DNA of 6,159 nucleotides from a virus (Duplodnaviria; Heunggongvirae; Uroviricota; Caudoviricetes): IMG/VR virus record IMGVR_UViG_2531839236_000025; one strand, 5' to 3'. Shown piece by piece: positions 1 to 6,034 of this stretch (position 1 is its first letter; each line of letters starts with the position of its first letter). The notes under the pieces were generated by a model. It saw only the letters and a program-made list of their open reading frames with translations, ran no database searches and was not told where the DNA came from. The position numbers and the translations under genes were made by a program.

Positions 1-42
1 GCTCAGCCACCGCCTGAAACAGGCTGGTCCAGCCCACCTCTT

Positions 43-264
43 TTACATCACGTCCTGATTTCTGGTTTTTTCGGGGTCGCCGCAAAAGGTTCCACATTCG
101 CCATGCTCCGCATCACGTTTCTTTTTCTGACCTGCCGGACGTCGCGCTGTGATGTACTCCGCCTTCCCCAGGCGAACCAGCACCTCCGCACACGGCTGTG
201 CCACATCACGGATATCCCCGGCCCGGGCATCATGCGTGCCCTGCAGATACTGGATTTTTGCCAT
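43..264 (-). CDS. hypothetical small protein (73 aa) immediately downstream of the capsid gene
   Basis: ORF track; ATG at 264..262, stop at 45..43; same strand and 44 bp downstream of the capsid ORF stop. No strong SD directly upstream (GAGGAGGG lies about 30 nt upstream). No family recognised from sequence. Confidence 0.3.
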   Translation of the reverse strand: MAKIQYLQGTHDARAGDIRDVAQPCAEVLVRLGKAEYITARRPAGQKKKRDAEHGECGTFCGDPEKTRNQDVM

Positions 265-308
265 CAGTTACTGCGGGAAGCTAGCGCCTCCCGCCCTCCT
301 CATCAGAC

Positions 309-2246
309 TCAGCCGCCGGACGCAGTTCCGTAGTTCACACCGGTGATCACAGCCACCGCCGCGGTACGGCGACGACGCCAGTTGATCCAGCGCTCCGCAC
401 GGATGGCCACGCTGCCGGTCTGGAACATGGAGACCAGCTCCACCGGTGACGGTGTGCTGCTGTCGCTGGTCGGTTCAGACTGCATCTCCAGTGACGCTTC
501 ACGGGACATATCCACCGCCACACCACCGTCATCCGCCAGATAAATATCCGGCGCATTCACCAGTACCAGCTGGTCACCCACATACTGGGAGACAATCACC
601 GGCAGCCCCTGGAAGGTCCCGCCCAGCAGGGTCATGTCCGGATATTCCTTCTGCCCCAGCGCATTTTTACGCATGGACAGCGCCAGGGCATTCGTGCTGG
701 ACATCAGCCAGACCGCACCGGTGGGCTGCAGATTTGCCGTCACAAACTGGCCAAACGCAGCCTCGGCATCCGCATCCGGGTTACCGGTTGATGCCGTGCC
801 CTTCACATCATGGGTGATGGACGCCGGGGAGACATCTGCCACTGCGGCTTTTTTCGGGTCCACAAAGTCTGTATCCAGACGCGCCACCACCGCTTCCGCC
901 AGCGCATTACGGACCAGTGCATCAGCAGCCGGACTGGAAAAACGGATCAATTCTTCCGTCAGTACCGCAATGGCCGACACCTTCGCATGACTGAAGGTGA
1001 TGGATTCAAAATCAAACTTCGTCAGGGGTTTTGCCTTACCCTCACCCACCCAGCCGGCAGCACCGCCGGACACCTGGGCGTGCACACGGATATTGAATGG
1101 CACCTGACGAAGTGCAGGGATCCCGCCCTGACCAAATCGCCCGATAATGGTCTGCGGACGCAGGTAATCAATAAAGTCCTGTGCGTATTCCTGATATTCA
1201 GACAGGCTGCCTGCCCACTGCGGATCCGTGGTGGTCCCCGCGCCCACTGCCGATTTCAGGACATGATGCAGACGACTGTCATCCGGATACTGACGACGGG
1301 CCACTTCCAGGGCTTCAGATCGGACGCCTTTAGCCGCAGCCAGCGATTTGGCAAAGCGGGCGAAGCCAATCCCCTTATCCAGTTTCTGCTCCACACGGAT
1401 CACCGGCGCAGAAGCCACCGCGGCCACATTCCCGTTACCGGCCTGTTTCACCGGCTGCGCCGTGGCGGCCTTACCGGCTTCCAGTTCACGCAGGCGCTTC
1501 AGGTGCGCATCCACCTGACGGATTTCCGCTGCGGTGTTGTCGTAATGCTCTTCCTCCTCCACATCCAGCGTGCGCCCTTCCTCTGCGGCTTTGGTCATGA
1601 CCTCCTCAAGGGAGGCTGCCAGCGCTGCACGCTTGTTTTCAAAACTTTTAATCTGTTCGCCAATATTCATTATGGTCTTTTCCTTATGAAAAACGGTTGT
1701 TGACTGTGCCGCAGCGCCGGCAGAAGATGCGATTTTCACCACCGGTTTCCGGTTGCCGGACGCGGCAGAAAACGGGCGGTCGTAAGATTTAATGGTCCGG
1801 ATGGTGCATTCCGCATTCGCGGGCACGGTGACGGCAGACACCTCCATCAGTTCCCAGCGCAGAAAATGCAGTCCGCCTCCGTCCAGAAAGGTGTATTCAT
1901 GGGGACGGAAGCCCACGGACAGCCCCCTGACCAGCCCGGTCTTAATGGCCGCCCAGACCTCATCCAGCCGGGCAGCCAGTTGCGACGGCATATCCGGTAC
2001 GGGCTTCACCAGTGTTGCCGTGATTTCCAGCCCTTCGCTGACCCGGCGCACCGTACACTGCCCCACCGGGCGGGAATGGTCATGCTGCCAGAGAAACGGG
2101 ATCGCACTGCCAAACTCCGCGCCCTCCGGCTCCAGGATGTCACCATCCCGATCCGGAGAAGGCGTTGACGCAATCCCGGTGATCACCCGTTCATCCTCAC
2201 TGAAGGATTTCACCGTCAGCAGGGAACAGGCCCGTTTAAGAGTCAC
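309..2246 (-). CDS. HK97-family prohead protease fused in-frame to scaffold-like coiled-coil region and HK97-fold major capsid protein (645 aa)
   Basis: N-terminal ~160 aa carries prohead protease (S78/U35-type) motifs: FLWQHDHSRPVGQ, GLSVGF, WELMEVSAVTVPANAE. Residues ~193-300 are charged and coiled-coil-like (delta/scaffold-like). The C-terminal part resembles HK97-family capsid proteins (LLGGTFQGLPVIVSQYVGDQLVLVNAPDIYLADDGGVAVDMSREASLE). Start is GTG at 2246..2244 with AGGAGG 5 nt upstream; stop TGA at 311..309. Confidence 0.85.
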   Translation of the reverse strand: MTLKRACSLLTVKSFSEDERVITGIASTPSPDRDGDILEPEGAEFGSAIPFLWQHDHSRPVGQCTVRRVSEGLEITATLVKPVPDMPSQLAARLDEVWAAIKTGLVRGLSVGFRPHEYTFLDGGGLHFLRWELMEVSAVTVPANAECTIRTIKSYDRPFSAASGNRKPVVKIASSAGAAAQSTTVFHKEKTIMNIGEQIKSFENKRAALAASLEEVMTKAAEEGRTLDVEEEEHYDNTAAEIRQVDAHLKRLRELEAGKAATAQPVKQAGNGNVAAVASAPVIRVEQKLDKGIGFARFAKSLAAAKGVRSEALEVARRQYPDDSRLHHVLKSAVGAGTTTDPQWAGSLSEYQEYAQDFIDYLRPQTIIGRFGQGGIPALRQVPFNIRVHAQVSGGAAGWVGEGKAKPLTKFDFESITFSHAKVSAIAVLTEELIRFSSPAADALVRNALAEAVVARLDTDFVDPKKAAVADVSPASITHDVKGTASTGNPDADAEAAFGQFVTANLQPTGAVWLMSSTNALALSMRKNALGQKEYPDMTLLGGTFQGLPVIVSQYVGDQLVLVNAPDIYLADDGGVAVDMSREASLEMQSEPTSDSSTPSPVELVSMFQTGSVAIRAERWINWRRRRTAAVAVITGVNYGTASGG

Positions 2247-2258
2247 ATCAGCCTCCTG

Positions 2259-2284
2259 AAAATAAAAAAACCGCCGCAGCGGTT
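2259..2284 (-). terminator. weak intrinsic-terminator-like hairpin plus U-tract in the terL/protease intergenic region
   Basis: Minus-strand RNA reads AACCGC-UGCG-GCGGUU followed by UUUUUAUUUU. The GC stem is only 4 bp plus 2 A-U pairs, so strength is doubtful. It sits between the terL stop (2310) and the protease SD/start (2257-2244). Confidence 0.25.
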
Positions 2285-2309
2285 CATGATGGTTACAGTG
2301 TGAACAGGG

Positions 2310-3971
2310 TTATATGAAAAAAACCGCATATTCTTTCTTTTTCGGTTCCGGGTTAAGGGACATCAGGGAGACCGCATTGAACAGCGCCATCAGCGGGTCA
2401 ATTTTTCCCCGTCCACTGGCCTGTTTGGTGATAAGAATGGCGTTACCTTTAGGCTCCACCCGGGCATTGCCGACACACCAGGCCATCAGGGGCTGGTCAC
2501 CATGCACCAGCACCCCTTCAGCCAGTTTGCGCTCGGTGGTTTTAATGGCCCCGCCCAGTTTCCAGCCCTGGCTTATCCCCACCACAATTCCGTCGGGGAT
2601 CCCGGCTTCCGCCAGTGAATCCAGAATCTGCCCCACCCCTGACGGGTCAATACCGATATGGTCCAGTAACTCAGCCTCATGAATGCGACGCACATATTCC
2701 GCCACTTCCGCCGTGTCATCCCCGACACGCCGGACAATGGTCATATCTCCACAGGCAACAAGATCCTGAAACCGGGACGCCTCGCTCTTCCGTCGGACCA
2801 CCGCGGTTTCATGCGCCCAGGCATGGCCCCAGCCCAGCCATTCGCGGGTTTCCCTGTCACGGCCAATCACGTACATTCCCAGCAGATCATCCAGGCCCCC
2901 GCCGTCAATCCCCACCGTCACCACATCAGCGCGCTGCAGGATATCGTCCAGGCTGACGCGCCTGCCCTGCTGCTCCCAGAAATCCGCACCCGCCCAGCGG
3001 TCAGAACGCAGGGCAAGACCAATTTCCACATTGGCATGTTTTGACATGAAGCCACGAAATGCTTCCTCACCAGCCTCCCGGGCTTTACGGTACTCCCGGT
3101 ACAGAAAAGCCTCATCCACCGAATAACCGAGATTCGGGTTAACCATGGCGAGGTTTTCCATCAGCAGGTGAGCCCCGCTTTCCACCATTTCAGGAGGATG
3201 CTCAAAAATCACCGGCAGAAAGTGCGGATCATGAATTTTGCCGTCACGGACATCCCGGGCGTACTGCAGTTTCTGTCTGAACACCCCGGCTGGCGGCTCA
3301 TTCGACTGGGTGGTCGTATACACCACAAACCCTTCCGGGCGGGAGGCAAGGCCGCCTATGGCTTCACGTAACATGTCCTCCGCTTTGTACTGCTTGCCAA
3401 ATAACCACAGTTCATCAATCAGCGTCCCCACGGACTTGATACCGGATACCGTATTCGGATCGGCAGCCACCACCTTCAGGGTGGTGTCCGTCACCCTGTG
3501 GGTGATGGTCCGGATATGTGTCTGCACCTGACAGAGGTCATCCAGATCATCGTCCCGTCGTACCATATCCCTGGCAGGGTTGAAGGCGTTAGCCGCCACC
3601 TCCACGGTCGGGGCCAGAATGGTGTAGCCCGCCGCCTGCCGCCAGTTCAGTAACAGCGCCGTCATCATGATCCCGGCAGCCAGCGTGGACTTGCTGTTTT
3701 TCTTGGGGATAAGGATAAAAACTTCCTTGATATGGCGTACACCGGTCTGCGCATCGTAGGAGCCAAACAGGGCCGCCACCAGGTCAAACACCCACTGTGC
3801 GCAGGACTCCCCGAACGTCGGGCTGCCCGGTGCATCCACAATCCGCAGTTGTTTAAAAATCGCCAGGGCATGTGCGGCCTGCTCCGGATAAATCGGAGCC
3901 GGAATAATCGACAGCCCCTTTTTCAGGCGCTCTGCCCAGTCCGGGCAGGCCGTGCTCCACACAGGTATCAT
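2310..3971 (-). CDS. terL: phage terminase large subunit (553 aa)
   Basis: Deviant Walker A-like motif IPKKNSKST (nt 3684-3710), as recalled for HK97-type large terminases. Size and N-terminal ATPase / C-terminal nuclease layout fit a large terminase. ATG at 3971..3969 overlaps the terS stop (ATGA), consistent with translational coupling. Stop TAA at 2312..2310. Confidence 0.9.
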   Translation of the reverse strand: MIPVWSTACPDWAERLKKGLSIIPAPIYPEQAAHALAIFKQLRIVDAPGSPTFGESCAQWVFDLVAALFGSYDAQTGVRHIKEVFILIPKKNSKSTLAAGIMMTALLLNWRQAAGYTILAPTVEVAANAFNPARDMVRRDDDLDDLCQVQTHIRTITHRVTDTTLKVVAADPNTVSGIKSVGTLIDELWLFGKQYKAEDMLREAIGGLASRPEGFVVYTTTQSNEPPAGVFRQKLQYARDVRDGKIHDPHFLPVIFEHPPEMVESGAHLLMENLAMVNPNLGYSVDEAFLYREYRKAREAGEEAFRGFMSKHANVEIGLALRSDRWAGADFWEQQGRRVSLDDILQRADVVTVGIDGGGLDDLLGMYVIGRDRETREWLGWGHAWAHETAVVRRKSEASRFQDLVACGDMTIVRRVGDDTAEVAEYVRRIHEAELLDHIGIDPSGVGQILDSLAEAGIPDGIVVGISQGWKLGGAIKTTERKLAEGVLVHGDQPLMAWCVGNARVEPKGNAILITKQASGRGKIDPLMALFNAVSLMSLNPEPKKKEYAVFFI

Positions 3972-4531
3972 CCGTTGCCCTCATTATCATTATTCACCAC
4001 CAGGCGGGGTGGTGGTGGCACCGCAAAACGGTTAGCCGCTTTTTTCGCCGCGTCACCTTTTGCCGATTTTTTACCGGCATCCCCTTTTTTGTGGTGCGTG
4101 AACTGCGCCAGCTTATAAGCCGCATCCAGCGCCAGCCTGGGGTCGGTATTAATGTTCTCCACCAGAAGACGCCCCATCGCTTTCACCGGATCGGGAAGAC
4201 CGTCCTCCATATACTCAATACCAGGAGATATCACCACGGGCGGTGGCATCTCCGGATTTGTTTCGTCCGGCTGTGGTATTGCAGCCGCCTCACGGCGACG
4301 GGGTTTATCCTCCGGCTCTGATTTTTTCTGCCGATAAACAGGAACCTCATCCACCTCCACCGTCTCGCACTGTTTACGGGCTATAAACGCAAGCACCTCC
4401 GGATCTTTTGCCAGCTGCGAGCCTTTAACCCTGGCTGTCTTCGCCGAATAACCGGCGGCAAGGGCTGACGCTGTTTTGTTTTTCCCGGACATGAGCGCCA
4501 GCGCAAATTTTCGTTTTTGCGTTGTCAGCAC
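3968..4531 (-). CDS. terS: phage terminase small subunit (187 aa)
   Basis: N-terminus LTTQKRKFALALMSGKNKTASALAAGYSAKTARVKGSQL matches the HTH DNA-binding pattern typical of small terminase subunits (T.KQ.KF...G.N.T.AA..AGYS.KTA). Sits directly upstream of and overlapping terL. Start is GTG at 4531..4529 (only start-like codon after the in-frame stop at 4597..4595), with GGGAGGAGG just upstream. Confidence 0.75.
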   Translation of the reverse strand: MLTTQKRKFALALMSGKNKTASALAAGYSAKTARVKGSQLAKDPEVLAFIARKQCETVEVDEVPVYRQKKSEPEDKPRRREAAAIPQPDETNPEMPPPVVISPGIEYMEDGLPDPVKAMGRLLVENINTDPRLALDAAYKLAQFTHHKKGDAGKKSAKGDAAKKAANRFAVPPPPRLVVNNDNEGNG

Positions 4532-4603
4532 AGCCTCCTCCCGGGTCCAGAACGCACTCAGCCGGGTATGGTTCAGCCCATTTTTCCCGGCGTCTCATGC
4601 CGC

Positions 4604-4730
4604 AAATGTTAACTGCTGCCTGGTTAACATTTGCTGAAAAAGCCAGTTAACATTTTTTCCGCACAACAAACTGAATAATAAAGATAAAAACCGCAAAAAT
4701 GCCCGGACAGCCAGTTAACATGTTAACTGC
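4604..4730. repeat. array of five GTTAACAT-type motifs including a perfect 18-bp palindrome; candidate terminase-binding (cosB-like) sites
   Basis: GTTAAC cores at 4608-4613, 4623-4628, 4646-4651, 4714-4719 and 4722-4727. CAGTTAACAT at 4644-4653 and 4712-4721, inverted copy ATGTTAACTG at 4606-4615, variant GGTTAACAT at 4622-4630. CAGTTAACATGTTAACTG at 4712-4729 is a perfect palindrome. An A-tract-rich spacer (4655-4700) separates the sites. Non-coding, between HNH and terS. Confidence 0.5.
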
Positions 4731-4820
4731 CCTGAAACGGGAATTTTTTCTCTGCGTGAGAGGGGGCGCGGTGTCCAGGGCGATCGTTTTTTTTCGCCGG
4801 ATGATCCCCCCCGGGTCTGG

Positions 4821-5186
4821 TCACAGGCCAGTGATTCCGTCGGCCCTGAGCGTGCCATCAGGAAGCTCAGGCAACGTCGGATCAGGCATACCACTCGCCG
4901 CTTCACTCGCTGACTTCTGGCGATGGCATTCAGTACAGAGGGTCCAGAGGTTCGTCTCCTCATTACCACCACCGAACTGAAGTGCAATGCGGTGATCGAG
5001 TTCACTGTCACAAAGGTCAACCACGCGTCTACAGAGACAACAGTGTCCGGCATCCCTCCGCCAGATACGACGTTTGAGGGAAACCCGGGCACTGCCACTG
5101 ACACGACGCTGTTCCCCCCTCAGGACATTTATCCGCCGGGTGTTCAGAGTTTTGATTCTGCCCGGTAACGTACGAAGCACAGCCAT
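4821..5186 (-). CDS. HNH endonuclease (121 aa), packaging-associated position
   Basis: Clear HNH/zinc-finger motif: HCCLCRRVVDLCDSELDHRIALQFGGGNEETNLWTLCTECHRQK (C-x2-C ... DH ... N ... C-x2-CH). ATG at 5186..5184 with GAGGA SD 6 nt upstream; stop TGA at 4823..4821. Lies immediately upstream of the cos-like region and terS, the HK97-type arrangement. Confidence 0.85.
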   Translation of the reverse strand: MAVLRTLPGRIKTLNTRRINVLRGEQRRVSGSARVSLKRRIWRRDAGHCCLCRRVVDLCDSELDHRIALQFGGGNEETNLWTLCTECHRQKSASEAASGMPDPTLPELPDGTLRADGITGL

Positions 5187-5227
5187 GTAAAATCCTCGCC
5201 ATATAGCTTGTCACCAGAGGAAAGAAA

Positions 5228-5413
5228 ATGTCATCGAAAAACCGGCCCCGCAGAACCACAATCCGCAATATCCGTTTCCCCAATCACATGATTGAACAGA
5301 TCAATATCGCCCTTGAACATAAAGGTTCCGGTAACTTTTCAGCGTGGGTTATTGAAGCCTGCAGAAGAAGGCTGTCAACAGAGCGTTCGGGTATGAATTA
5401 CATAATTAAGTAA
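5228..5413 (+). CDS. small putative DNA-binding protein (61 aa), possibly ribbon-helix-helix-like; resembles YlcI/YnfO-type (DUF3950) prophage proteins from memory
   Basis: Strong SD (AGAGGAAAG) 4-5 nt upstream of the ATG. Sequence RRTTIRNIRFPNHMIEQINIALEHKGSGNFSAWVIEACRRRL has a beta-strand/helix/helix pattern and basic N-terminus. Opposite strand to the late genes, like bor-type morons. The family assignment is recollection, not a search result. Confidence 0.55.
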   Translation: MSSKNRPRRTTIRNIRFPNHMIEQINIALEHKGSGNFSAWVIEACRRRLSTERSGMNYIIK

Positions 5414-5542
5414 CATGGTGTTCACAGAACACACAGTTACCGGACACATCAGTTTTCCATTCGTCCCCCGGCAGTACAGGCTTCCCGTCTGACGGGATAG
5501 CCTGAAAAAACACAGAAAATTATTTGTTATAATTAATATAAC

Positions 5543-5683
5543 TTACTCAAAAAAAAGCGACGAGAAAATCAGCATCAACGAGCAATAAGCGCCAATACGT
5601 GATAACAAATGGCAGCCATATTTATCTGCAGTATAAGCAATGGACAGGATAACCACACCAGAAACCGTCAGCATAAAATCCAT
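5543..5683 (-). CDS. small hydrophobic protein (46 aa), candidate membrane peptide; not in supplied ORF track
   Basis: Manually translated: MDFMLTVSGVVILSIAYTADKYGCHLLSRIGAYCSLMLIFSSLFFE, stop TAA at 5545..5543. Two hydrophobic stretches. GGGGAAG SD-like sequence 5 nt upstream of the ATG at 5683..5681; in-frame upstream stop at 5749..5747. A 35-aa antisense plus-strand ORF (5608-5715) has no SD. Confidence 0.3.
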   Translation of the reverse strand: MDFMLTVSGVVILSIAYTADKYGCHLLSRIGAYCSLMLIFSSLFFE

Positions 5684-6034
5684 TTGAACTTCCCCGGACA
5701 AAATCGACTCATCTAAAGATTTACAGCTCTTTTTATTATCAATATGTTAAAAGTAAAATAAACAGATGTTCAATAATACGAATACAAAAACGTGCTGAAA
5801 ATCAATGAATCCATTTCTGTGTTATCAATTAATAGTGATAAACATCCGGCTTCTTCCACCATCGCACCGGACCAGCGACCATGAGGGGACAACGCCGCGC
5901 TCCGTTAACGCGGTAAACCCCGGTGTGTATCGTTTTTGATTATCCCCGCACACTCGCGCAGAGGATTCTCCCGGTCGGGCTGCGGTCTCTGTTAATGCAG
6001 GAATACGGCGACAATACCGTCGCATCAGCAAAAC

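Noticed and set aside
22-34. 13-nt palindrome GGCTGGTCCAGCC near the window start
   Set aside because: Stem too short with a 1-nt centre, no adjacent U-tract, and too close to the window edge to interpret.
446-1703. Plus-strand ORFs of 118-297 aa (446..817, 634..990, 810..1703, 1792..2259, 1866..2168) antisense to the protease-capsid gene
   Set aside because: They lie entirely inside a well-supported minus-strand gene in GC-rich DNA, where long antisense open frames arise by chance. Translations are Arg/His/Cys/Pro-rich, low-complexity, with no recognisable motifs.
2314-3531. Plus-strand ORFs (2314..2682, 2615..2956, 2679..3044, 3168..3371, 3238..3531, 3732..4118) and minus-strand 2918..3115 and 3665..3871, all overlapping terL
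   Set aside because: Antisense or alternate-frame overlaps with the terminase large subunit; Pro/Arg/His-rich compositions typical of spurious frames; no RBS evidence.
4604-4730. Possibility that the GTTAACAT repeats are a CRISPR array
   Set aside because: Units are only 8-10 bp, in mixed orientation with irregular spacing and no spacer-like unique segments or cas genes; a protein-binding site array fits better.
4699-5104. ORFs 4699..4980 (+), 4715..5104 (-) and 5029..5283 (-) overlapping HNH and the cos-like region
   Set aside because: They overlap the HNH gene (clear catalytic motif, good SD) in other frames or strands and have no recognisable motifs. The plus-strand ORF would start inside the palindromic repeat array.
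5903-5910. Isolated CGTTAACG palindrome in the GC-rich segment downstream of Rz
   Set aside because: Single occurrence of a short palindrome sharing only the GTTAAC core with the cos-region array; no repeat partner nearby, so it may be chance.
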